NCBI GenBank assembly: GCA_964016885.1
Contig: OZ024741.1
Span: forward strand, 414,036,001-414,100,000
DNA from: Eledone cirrhosa
Lineage: Eukaryota
DNA: 64,000 nt
Direction of reading: 5' to 3'
Position 1 is the stretch's first letter. Each line of letters starts with the position of its first letter. The notes beneath the pieces are model-generated. The model saw only the letters and a program-made list of their open reading frames with translations, made no database searches and was not told the DNA's origin. Position numbers and translations under genes: made by a program. This document shows positions 12,399 to 22,634 of this stretch, one piece after another.

Positions 12399-15300
12399 TG
12401 GACGAGAATGCAAGCACTCCTCCTTGTTTCGGCCCAGGATGGCTAACATAACCCCATCCCCCACCGCTCCCACCCTCCAAACGCAATCCAAAACTTCAGA
12501 GTTGGTACCATGAATGTAGGCACCTTAAAGGGTCGCTCTAACGAGGTTGTAGAAATGCTTGAACGTAAGGAGGTCGATGTTTGTTGTATTCAAGAGACCA
12601 GGTGGAGGGGAGGGTCGGCTAGATTCATCGTGGGTAAAGAACGATGCTATAAGCTTTTCTGGGTGGGAAATGACAATGGGTTGGGTGGGGTAGGAATCAT
12701 GGTAGCAGAAAAGTGGGCAGATAAGATAATAGACGTAAATAGAGTGAACGACAGAATAATTAAAATAAGACTTGTCCTCAATAAAACTACGGTGACAGTA
12801 ATATCTGCGTACGCACCCCAATCCGGACTGCCCGGCGCTATAAAAGACAGATTCTACGAGACACTGATGCTCGCTACCTCCCAAATAACCGACAGTGACT
12901 ATATAGTTATTGCAGGCGACCTAAATGGTCACGTTGGACAACATTGTGACGGCTATGACGGAATCCATGGAGGCTATGGGTTCGGTACTAGAAATGAGGA
13001 AGGCTCCAGAATCCTGGAATTCTGCGACGCAAATAAGTTAACTATCTGTAACACTAACTTCAAAAAACGAGACAATCACTTGATCACCTATAGATCGGGG
13101 GAACACACAAGCCAGGTAGATTATATCCTTACCAGAAGACGTGACAGAGTGTCTGTTGTTAACACTAAATCCCACCTCCATGAAGAATTCACCTCCCAAC
13201 ATAGACTGATAATTAGCGACCTCATAGTCAGGACGAGACGTACTAGACAGCGGAAGAGGACTATCCTCAGGAGAAAAATATGGAAGCTAAAGGACCCCAT
13301 AGCCAGAAATAAATTCCAAAGCATATTACTTGACGCTTTCGACAGTAAGGAAGAGCAATTAGAGTCGTATAATATAGAGGAACAGTGGAAATTCCTGAGA
13401 GCAAACCTGCTGACGGCGGCAGACGAAGTCTGTGGCTGGAGCAGGCCTGTAGGTAGGAGGAGAGTAACATGGTGGTGGAAAAGTAAGGTAGAGGAGTCAA
13501 TTAAGGCCAAAAAGCAGGCTTGGAAAGTATGGCGGGATGGGGGAAGTAGAGAAGACTATCAAGTGGCCAGGAGGGAAGCTAGGAGACAAGTGTACTTCGC
13601 AAGAAGGGAAGCAGAGGAAAGAAAGTTCAAGCATGTTCTACAACGTGAGGACCAAAAACGTGAGGTGTTCAGGATTGCCAGGCAATGTGTCAAGGAAAAC
13701 CGTGATATTGTCGGGGAGAAGTGTGTACTTAACGATGATGGCATACTTGCCATCACCGACGCTGATAAGAAGGTAGCTTGGAAGTGTCACTACGAAAGGC
13801 TTCTAAATGAGGAGAACAAATGGGAGAAAGACAGTCTCCCCCAGATCGATCCAATAGAGGGACCAGCAGTGTTAGTTGAAGGTAGTATAATAAGTAAGGC
13901 AATCAAAGATATGAAGACGGGTAAGGCGGCTGGGCCTTCGGAAATAGTTGCTGAGATGCTGAAGGCATCTGGTTCGGTGGGACACACCATGGTCACCCGG
14001 ATAGTTAACCAAGTCGTACAGAATGGGGTTGTTCCGAAGGAATGGCGTAGCAGCATCATCGTTAACTGCTATAAGGGAAAAGGAGATGCCCTAGATAGGA
14101 GTAACTATAGAGGCATTAAATTAATCGACCAGGTCATGAAGGTCACGGAAAAAGTAATAGCGCAACTAATCAGAGAGAGAATTGATCTAGATGAAATGCA
14201 GTTCGGGTTTGTGTCAGGCAAAAGTACCACAGACGCTCTTTTCATTGTACGACAACTACAGGAGAAGTACCTAGCTAAAAGTAAACCCCTATACTTAGCT
14301 TTCGTCGACTTGGAGAAAGCCTTCGACAGAGTCCCCCGTTCCATTATCTGGTGGTCTCTTAGAAAACTAGGTGTTGACGAATGGCTTGTGAGAGCTATAC
14401 AAGCCATGTATAAAGAAACAGTCAGTAAGGTTAGAATTAACAACGAATATAGTGAAGAGTTTAGCGTAAAAGTTGGTGTCCATCAGGGCTCTGTTCTTAG
14501 CCCCCTACTATTTATTATTGCCCTTCAGGCTATAACAGAGGAGTTCAAGACCGGCTGCCCATGGGAACTCCTATACGCAGATGATCTAACGCTCATAGCT
14601 GAATCAATGACCGAACTAGAGAAGAAATTCCAAACATGGAAGCACGGCCTAGAATCAAAAGGCCTTAAAATTAACCTGGCTAAGACTAAAGTTCTAGTTT
14701 GTAGGAAAGAAAATAAGGCGGCGGTCCCATCTGGGAAATGGCCATGCTCAGTGTGTAGGAAAGGCGTAGGTAGAAACTCCATTTTATGTCCCAAATGCAA
14801 AGTATGGGTGCATAAAAGATGTAGTGGGATCACAGGTAAGCTAACTAAGAACATAGATTTTACATGTGGCCGGTGCTCTGGTGCAATAAGTAGCAGCAAG
14901 TGCCCACAAAATACTAGCTCCTTCAACTGCGCAGAGGGTTCTATAGAAATAGTGGACAGCTTCCGTTATCTGGGTGACAAAATCAGCAGTGGGGGAGGGT
15001 GCTCTGAAAGTACAGTAGCTAGAGTCAGAACTGGATGGAAAAAGTTCAGAGAGCTTATACCACTATTAGCCGCTAGAGGGTTCTCCCTAAAAATGAAAGG
15101 CAGGTTATACGATGCCTGCATACGAACAGCAATGCTGCATGGCAGTGAGACCTGGGCATTGTGTGCAGAGGATATACGCAGACTAGAGAGGAACGAAGCT
15201 TGCATGCTCCGCTGGATGTGCAATAGTAATATACGTGAACGGCAAAGCATAAACGAATTAAGGAAAAAATTAGAAATAAGAGGGATCAGATGTTGTTTAC

Positions 15301-16020
15301 TTGAGAGAAGGCTACGTTGGTACGGTCACGTGATGCGCATGAAAGACGACAGCTGTATAACAAAGTGCAGGGCAATAAAGATAGACGGTAGCCACGGAGT
15401 AGGCAGACCCAGAAAAACATGGGACGAGCTGATAAATTCCGACCTCACACGCTTACACCTCTCCAAGACAATGTCACTGGACCGAGACCTTTGGCGGTAC
15501 TCAGTAATAGAGAAGACCCGCCTTACCTAAATACAAAGTAAAAACCTACTACAGTCAGTAGGCATCTCTATCAAAACACCCCCCCCCCCCGTCCCACCAC
15601 CTCCACCCCATCCACACCGCCCCTTTCAATGTACAGTTATGTTGGTCCCACAACATCCAGGCCGAAACAAATGAGATCGTGTAGGTGTCACGACAAAAAA
15701 ACACACAGTCCACGCTGTAAATGTGGCCGTGTAGGCAACACGGTAAAAACCTCCCAGCCCCACACTGTAAATGTGGTTGGTGTTAGGAAGGGCATCCAGC
15801 TGTAGAAAACCCGCCAGACAGTCCACGCTGTAATGTGGCCGTGTAGGCAACACGGTAAAAACCTCCCAGCCCCACACTGTAAATGTGGTTGGTGTTAGGA
15901 AGGGCATCCAACTGTAGAAAACCCGCCAGACAGTCCTATGCGAGCAAGACAACCACTCTTGCCTCAAGTGGGAAAATCCCCGTCCAAACCCATGCAAGCG
16001 TGGAACACGGACGCTAAACC

Positions 16021-16052
<32 letters not shown>

Positions 16053-16053
16053 T
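12399..16053 (+). mobile_element. RTE-clade LINE (family A) with intact ORF, truncated 5' UTR and (GAT)n tail
   Basis: Similarity to the 30.5-34 kb copy starts at 12399; tail at 16021-16053. Confidence 0.95.
12510..15530 (+). CDS. RTE polyprotein: AP endonuclease, reverse transcriptase and C4HC3 PHD-type finger (1006 aa, uninterrupted)
   Basis: NVGTL, CIQETRW, AYAPQ, GDLNGHVG, VDYIL, SQHRL (APE); [36 protein letters not shown] (RT); RLRWYGHV, GRPRKTW (RTE C-terminus). Confidence 0.95.
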   Translation: MNVGTLKGRSNEVVEMLERKEVDVCCIQETRWRGGSARFIVGKERCYKLFWVGNDNGLGGVGIMVAEKWADKIIDVNRVNDRIIKIRLVLNKTTVTVISAYAPQSGLPGAIKDRFYETLMLATSQITDSDYIVIAGDLNGHVGQHCDGYDGIHGGYGFGTRNEEGSRILEFCDANKLTICNTNFKKRDNHLITYRSGEHTSQVDYILTRRRDRVSVVNTKSHLHEEFTSQHRLIISDLIVRTRRTRQRKRTILRRKIWKLKDPIARNKFQSILLDAFDSKEEQLESYNIEEQWKFLRANLLTAADEVCGWSRPVGRRRVTWWWKSKVEESIKAKKQAWKVWRDGGSREDYQVARREARRQVYFARREAEERKFKHVLQREDQKREVFRIARQCVKENRDIVGEKCVLNDDGILAITDADKKVAWKCHYERLLNEENKWEKDSLPQIDPIEGPAVLVEGSIISKAIKDMKTGKAAGPSEIVAEMLKASGSVGHTMVTRIVNQVVQNGVVPKEWRSSIIVNCYKGKGDALDRSNYRGIKLIDQVMKVTEKVIAQLIRERIDLDEMQFGFVSGKSTTDALFIVRQLQEKYLAKSKPLYLAFVDLEKAFDRVPRSIIWWSLRKLGVDEWLVRAIQAMYKETVSKVRINNEYSEEFSVKVGVHQGSVLSPLLFIIALQAITEEFKTGCPWELLYADDLTLIAESMTELEKKFQTWKHGLESKGLKINLAKTKVLVCRKENKAAVPSGKWPCSVCRKGVGRNSILCPKCKVWVHKRCSGITGKLTKNIDFTCGRCSGAISSSKCPQNTSSFNCAEGSIEIVDSFRYLGDKISSGGGCSESTVARVRTGWKKFRELIPLLAARGFSLKMKGRLYDACIRTAMLHGSETWALCAEDIRRLERNEACMLRWMCNSNIRERQSINELRKKLEIRGIRCCLLERRLRWYGHVMRMKDDSCITKCRAIKIDGSHGVGRPRKTWDELINSDLTRLHLSKTMSLDRDLWRYSVIEKTRLT

Positions 16054-16499
16054 ATATAATATGTAGGTATATAATTTATTGCAGAATATTTAAAGTGTAG
16101 TTCTGAGTTTTCAACAAGTTTTAGTATATCTTAGATATACTATATATATATCTAAGATATACTATATATATATACTATATATATATGTAAAGAGAGAGAG
16201 AGAGGGGGAGAGAGAGAGAGAGAGAGAGGGAGTGGGGAGAGATGGGGATAGAGATAGAGAGAGGGAGTGGGGAGAGAAGGGGATAGAGATAGAGAGAAGG
16301 AGTGGGGAGAGAAGGGGATAGAGATAGAGAGAGGGAGTGGGGAGAGAAGGGGATAGAGAGAGAGAGAGGGACAGATGGATGGCTAACATTCAGACAGACA
16401 AAATGGTAGATTAATAGATAAAGAGTGAGTGTGTGTATGTGTGTGTGTGCCTGTGTGTAGTATTAAATAACTCCACTGCTTTCTCTCCCCCACACCCAT

Positions 16500-16620
16500 C
16501 ATTATCATCATCATCATTTTACATCTGCTTTCCCTGCTTGCAAGGGTTGGACGGGTCCTATTCAGCATACCATCTCTCGGTCCTGACCTCTTTACTACTA
16601 TCTGGTTTTTCCCACACCTA
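16500..16620 (-). mobile_element. RTE 3'-terminal fragment (mirrored at about 17590-17720, +)
   Basis: Encodes LNRTRPTLASRESR, like the family C terminus KTRPTLASREKRT, followed by (GAT)n. Confidence 0.75.
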
Positions 16621-16691
16621 AACCCCACACACATACACACTCATACACACACATATATATATATTCTTTATAATATTACTAAATACCTTCA

Positions 16692-16915
16692 AAATAATAA
16701 TAATAATAATAATAGTTTCATTTATTGGCCACAAGGGCCAACATATAGGTGACAATACAAAAGACTGGGACAGTGGGGGTATACATATACAACGTGTAAA
16801 CAATATAAATAACAATAAAAATGCACAAAGAAAATTCCTCAATGGAGGAAGGGGATGACCACCCAGGGTTAACTCAGGTGGGGTACCTGAGTTAATTGGT
16901 GGGGTACCTGAGTTA
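16692..16915 (-). mobile_element. Probable Tx1/L1-like 3' UTR fragment with (TTA)n tail (mirrored at about 17294-17517, +)
   Basis: Terminus TTATTGGCCACAAGGG resembles TTATTAACCACAAGGG of the Tx1-like fragment at 18765. Confidence 0.5.
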
Positions 16916-17022
16916 TATATATATATACACATATACATACATACATATGTATATACACACATATATATACATACATACATATACATACATACATATACAT
17001 ACATACATATACATACATACAT

Positions 17023-17089
<67 letters not shown>

Positions 17090-17096
17090 TACATAC

Positions 17097-17137
<41 letters not shown>

Positions 17138-17153
17138 CATATGTATGTATGTA

Positions 17154-17226
<73 letters not shown>

Positions 17227-17916
17227 ATGTATGTATGTATATATATGTGTGTATATACATATGTATGTATGTATATGTGTATATATATATATATAACTCA
17301 GGTACCCCACCAATTAACTCAGGTACCCCACCTGAGTTAACCCTGGGTGGTCATCCCCTTCCTCCATTGAGGAATTTTCTTTGTGCATTTTTATTGTTAT
17401 TTATATTGTTTACACGTTGTATATGTATACCCCCACTGTCCCAGTCTTTTGTATTGTCACCTATATGTTGGCCCTTGTGGCCAATAAATGAAACTATTAT
17501 TATTATTATTATTATTTTGAAGGTATTTAGTAATATTATAAAGAATATATATATATGTGTGTGTATGAGTGTGTATGTGTGTGGGGTTTAGGTGTGGGAA
17601 AAACCAGATAGTAGTAAAGAGGTCAGGACCATGACCGGTGGAGAGATGGTATGCTGAATAGGACCCGGCCAACCCTTGCAAGCAGGGAAAGCAGATGTAA
17701 AATGATGATGATGATAATGATGGGTGTGGGGGAGAGAAAGCAGTGGAGTTATTTAATACTACACACAGGCACACACACACATACACACACTCACTCTTTA
17801 TCTATTAATCTACCATTTTGTCTGTCTGAATGTTAGCCATCCATCTGTCCCTCTCTCTCTCTCTATCACCTTCTCTCCCCACTCCCTCTCTCTATCTCTA
17901 TCCCCTTCTCTCCCCA

Positions 17917-17955
<39 letters not shown>

Positions 17956-18017
17956 TCTCTCTCTTTACATATATATATAGTATATATATATAGTATATCT
18001 TATATATATATATATAC

Positions 18018-18066
<49 letters not shown>

Positions 18067-18165
18067 CATATGTATATATATATATATATACACATACATA
18101 CATACATATGTATATATATATATATATATACACATACATACATACATATGTATATATATATATAT

Positions 18166-18420
18166 AATTAAGTTAAAAATGTACATCCACATATGTATAC
18201 TGAAATACTAGTATGCATATGAATACACACACGTATACATATGTAGATGTACCGAGTTTTTCACTGGTCACTTTACTGTGAGTGTCCAGCTATTCTGTAT
18301 GTAAACACACATATTTCAGTATACATATGTGGATGTACATTTTTAACTTAATTGTTTAAGCGTCAGTCATACAAAAGTGAGTTACAAACGAAGCGAAATT
18401 TAATTTCGTTTCGTTATTTG

Positions 18421-18425
<5 letters not shown>
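18166..18425. mobile_element. Fold-back insertion in TA repeat with no recognisable ribozyme core
   Basis: Perfect 42-bp inverted arms at 18166-18207 and 18312-18353; right side extends about 70 bp and ends in hairpin AACGAAGCGAAAT-TTA-ATTTCGTTTCGTT. Confidence 0.7.
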
Positions 18426-18460
<35 letters not shown>

Positions 18461-18707
18461 CATACATACATATGTATATATATATGATGGCTGCCCCCTC
18501 GTTATCGAGTATGGCCATTGCACAAGAAAAACAAAAATAAAAAATAAAAAAAAATAAAAAATAAAAATAAAAAAATAATAATAATAATAATAAATAAATA
18601 AAAAAAGAAAAAAAAAATGAAAAAAAGAAATATATATATATATATATATACATACATACATATATACATACACACATACATACACTCACACATATACACA
18701 CATACAT

Positions 18708-18714
18708 TAATAAC

Positions 18715-18748
<34 letters not shown>

Positions 18749-19401
18749 GCAATAATGTTTTCTTTATTAACCACAAGGGTTTACATAAAGTAGACATTAA
18801 GGACAGTACAGGACAATACAGGACGGTACAAATGGGCATTTCTGCGTGTAAAAAAAACAGAGGATGAAATAAAATAACAAAGAAAAATTCCACAATAGGG
18901 GGGAGACTTCCGAGGGACATTTGTGGAGAAAGCCCATTAAAAGACCACAGTGGCCCTGACCACCAGGGCAAGTGCCCTCTCCCAGTTTTCCACCTTTAAT
19001 TTACAGACACATACTCAGAGAAGGCCCATTCATTCGGGCCATACTTGCTTCTCTCACCCATCTTTCAACAAAAATGCTGGGAAGAGAGCACTTCCCTCTC
19101 TACCCTGATTTTCCTTTTCAGATGAAATTTGAAAAAGTTAATCAGGGCATCACCGAAGAGGTAAGTGCTCGTCTTCAGCCCTTTCAAACGTGTCCACCAT
19201 ACTATCTCTTTCGCCATGGCCACCAGACAGATAAAAACTGCCTGCCCTTCCCGGCTAAAGGAAGAGGGCGGGGCAATCCTCACGATGGACTCAGCTGATA
19301 GCTGGATCCGTCCTACACGTGACAGCAGGTGTTCGACATAAACCCACAAGTCAGCAATGCTCGGACACTGGACGAGTGCGTGCAGGACGGTTTCGTCGCC
19401 C
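18708..19401 (-). mobile_element. Tx1/L1-clade LINE 3' fragment
   Basis: CPRC-x5[10 protein letters not shown] zinc knuckle (zf-RVT type) and AKEIVWWTR; (TTA)n tail; 5' end joins a TA repeat. Confidence 0.8.
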
Positions 19402-19553
19402 TGTGCGCATCTCGGACAGGCATATATATATATACATATATATATACATATATATATACATATATATATATACATATATATATACATATATATATACATA
19501 TATATACACACATATATATATACATACATATATATATATACATACATACATAC

Positions 19554-21128
19554 AGATTGTGTAGAGATAGTTGAAGTTTTTTATGACAGGATAGTGAGTT
19601 GCATAATATATACTGGAGTTATATACACAGTTGTCTGCTATTTAGTTGGTGTTGTATATTGAGAGTTTATTAGGGTGTCTATATTATTTAAATTTTTTAA
19701 TTGTATAAGGTAAGAGATCAAACAGGGGTTTATTGACTGTATGTAGGCCAGTGTGGTCTTTTAATTAAGGTGTAGTCCTATATTCATGAAGGTCTAGTTG
19801 GATAAATTACAAGGTGGTGGTCTAGTGTTATCTCCGACATTGGTCTTTATTTTTATTATTATTATTATTAGTTACTAGGTTTGAAGTAGTGGAACGAGAA
19901 TCTATGGTAATGTGGACACGTGTAGAAGATCTCTGATTTCCTATTTAGTAGGCTAAGGTTAGAGTGAATAATATTTCTAGACTCGAGGATGCAAAGGTTA
20001 CAAAATTTGTTAGGTGGTTTATATGAAGGGGTGTTTATATGAAGCTATCACTTCCCATTTTAAGGTGTATGGTATGTTACTTGATTTTAATGAGTGTATG
20101 TATGTGGATAGTGAGGTTACGCTGTTAAGTTTAGGGTTTCTGAACGAATGAAGGTGTGAATTATATCTGGTCTTAAAGCTATTTGATGTTGAGCCTATAT
20201 ATACTTTTGACAATGTCTTTAATTAGGCAGTTCTTATTTAATGGACATGTCTTGTTAGGTCTACAATTACAATTGTTTTGTTTACTAGTATACTGGTTAA
20301 GGGGGTGTGCATTTGAGTAGTTGATTCTGTTTCTACTTCTAGTAATATGATTATGGTGAGTATTATTATTATTGGTATTATTAATGTGACTTGCTGTCTG
20401 GTCTTGTACTGTGTTATTGTTCAGGTTATTTCTATGCTGGACATTATTACTTTGGTGTAATCTGAAGTACTTTTTAATATTTCTCTTGTTCGTGCTGGCT
20501 ATATGGTCTGCTATGTTAGGTGTGGTGGAGTAGGATATTTTAATTGTGTTTTTGTTAAATAGGTTGTGGTATTTATGGTTAGTTGGGAAGTTTTTGTCTA
20601 GAGTAGAGAAGAAAGCTTTAGGTATGTTTGTTGATACATTTAAGTTGAACGGAGGGTTAACAAATGTGCTACTTCTATTCTTCTTATGGTTGTTATTCAT
20701 ACTACTATTTAGTGTGGTGTTAGGTTCCTTCTTATCTATATTTTTCTTTCTGTAGTGTTTCTTAGGATTATTGCTGTGGTGTGATTTAACTTTTTTTATG
20801 GTGCCCTTGGTATAGGAGTCAGGGTTTTCAAAACTATGATCATATTTACTTTTATTCATGGCCATGTTGTGTGAAATTATATTAGGTTGTCTATGGGTGG
20901 TTGACGATTTAGGTTTAAATTTAATTTTATCTCTGTGGCCGGAACGGGCTAAGGCTTCATAATAGTATTGGGAGTTACGATTAAATGTATTCTCATTGTA
21001 AGAAAGGCTAGAGATTCTATTAGATACCCCTTTAATGATTGAGGTCATACAGATTTAGGGTGGTTAGAGTTGGTATTAACATAGAAAGGTTTTTCATTAG
21101 GTTTATGATAAGGTATGTATTTTTTAGA
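19554..21128 (-). mobile_element. Penelope-like element (Naiad-type): RT thumb plus GIY-YIG endonuclease, frameshifted
   Basis: YIPYHKPNEKPFYVNTNSNHP; FVNPPFNLNVSTNI; LFNKNTIKISYS; CNCR-x4-CPL-x3-CL; YIGSTSNSFKTRYNSH..SF; CNLCILE; LLNRKSE..TCPH. Confidence 0.85.
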
Positions 21129-21298
21129 ATCGATCCCAGACTTCCCTGTGGAAGAAACAATTGTCAGCAAATAAATGTTCTAAACTAAAATTTGATCGTT
21201 TTAACACTTTGTATCTCGGCTCTGTAAAGCACTTGAGAATTTGCATTGAGCCTTTTGTCATACCGGTAAGTGGCTAGTACTTAGTACTACCCTCCATA
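21129..21298 (+). mobile_element. Pseudo-LTR 3' end with a hammerhead half-site, inverted relative to the adjacent Penelope-like ORF
   Basis: AGAAACAATTGTCAGCAAATAAA at 21153-21175 mirrors AGAAACAATTGTTACCTAATAAA at 23729-23751. Confidence 0.6.
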
Positions 21299-21424
21299 TT
21301 TATAGTTGTATTAAACATATATAAATATAAATATTCCTATATATATATATGTATATACATATATATTTATATACATATTCAATGATATTAAATAAATGGA
21401 AACTATATTTATAAAACCATATTA

Positions 21425-21483
21425 ATTCTATTATGTACATTTCAAGGGTACCAAAATTTTGGTACGCTATCATCAGATAAAAT
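21425..21483 (-). ncRNA. Type-I hammerhead ribozyme motif
   Basis: ATTTTAT-CTGATGA-[TAGCGTACCAAAATTTTGGTACCCTT]-GAAA-TGTACA-TA-ATAGAAT. Confidence 0.8.
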
Positions 21484-21688
21484 ACGAAGTGTGTTTTATA
21501 AATTTTGACATAACCAAGGAAAATATACCTTAACGGTTCAAGTTTTCCTTGGAAAATATATATACTAGTATATATATAAAGCTCCACCATATATATATAC
21601 TAGTATAAACAAAGCTACACCAAGGAAAACTTGAACCGTTAAGGTATATTTTCCTTGGTTATGTCAAAATTTATAAAATACACTTCGT

Positions 21689-21747
21689 ATTTTATCTGAT
21701 GATAGCGAACCAAAATTTTGGTACCCTTGAATTATATATAATAGAAT
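21689..21747 (+). ncRNA. Hammerhead motif with GAAA->GAAT substitution (probably inactive)
   Basis: ATTTTAT-CTGATGA-[...]-GAAT-TATATA-TA-ATAGAAT. Confidence 0.7.
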
Positions 21748-21964
21748 AAATATGGTTTTATAAATATAGTTTCCATTTATTTAATATCATTGAATATTAT
21801 ACTTCAGAAAATCTTTTGAGTGCTCTGAATCAGTTATAAACATTTATATTTGTTGAATTACCAACAAATTGAATATCCCTTCTGCTTATTTATATACATA
21901 TAAATTTATATACATATATATATGTGTATACATATATATATTGACTGTGTATACATATATATAT

Positions 21965-22000
<36 letters not shown>

Positions 22001-22002
<2 letters not shown>

Positions 22003-22095
22003 TGCTCCCAGCTGTGGTCAACCCATAGTATCAAACTAACCACAGAGCTTGAGCCAATCCAACAAAGCTACACCAAGAGGAGTGCAAGTGCAACG
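22001..22095 (+). mobile_element. Small CR1/Jockey-like RT fragment
   Basis: Translates to [26 protein letters not shown], similar to the YCSQLWSP...LE.IQR.FTKR motif. Confidence 0.45.
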
Positions 22096-22242
22096 ATGAA
22101 GGAGATATGCTATATATACATATATATACATATACCCACATATATACATGTATATATATATATCTATACATATACATACATATATATGTATGTATATATA
22201 TATATATATCTATACATATACATACATATATATATATATATT

Positions 22243-22575
22243 CATCATTTCATTTTACGTCCGCTTTTACCCTGCTTGCAAGGGTGGGACGGAAACTGAT
22301 TCTGGCTTGATTTCTACAGCTGGATGCCCTTCCTAAAACCAACCTCATTTACAGTGAGTGCTGGGTGCTTTTTTGCCGTGGCACCTCCACGACCACTTTG
22401 CAGTGGAATGATATGGACCTCAGTCCCTAACATCTCATTTCTACAGCTGAGTAAACTGGAGCAATGTGAAATAAAGTGTCTTGCTCAAGGAAACAACACA
22501 TCACCTGGTCTGAGAATTGAACTCACAACCTTTCGATTGTAAGGCCAATGCTCTAACCACTAAGCCATGTGCCTC
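22243..22575 (-). mobile_element. Full-length tRNA-headed, RTE-tailed SINE (type 1)
   Basis: Highly similar to 24741-25074 over its whole length; A and B boxes present. Confidence 0.9.
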
Positions 22576-22634
22576 TATACATATACATATATCTATCTAT
22601 ATATCTATACATACATATATATATATATATATAT

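Larger units (their letters stand above)
16153..18002. repeat. Palindrome (inverted duplication) of about 1.85 kb centred in a TA/TACA microsatellite
   Basis: Mirror-image ORF pairs (16618..17313 / 16896..17591); arms differ by a 10-bp indel, at least one substitution and GA-repeat copy number. Confidence 0.92.
21377..21890. mobile_element. Non-coding fold-back element with a hammerhead motif in each arm (copy 2)
   Basis: Inverted arms about 21377-21552 and 21620-21796; tail TACTTCA...GAGTGCT and terminal hairpin TTTGTTG-x6-CAACAAA. Confidence 0.85.

Noticed and set aside
21040-21055. TGA in the Penelope-like RT region as a possible selenocysteine codon
   Set aside because: It coincides with a 1-nt frameshift and is not at a cysteine position
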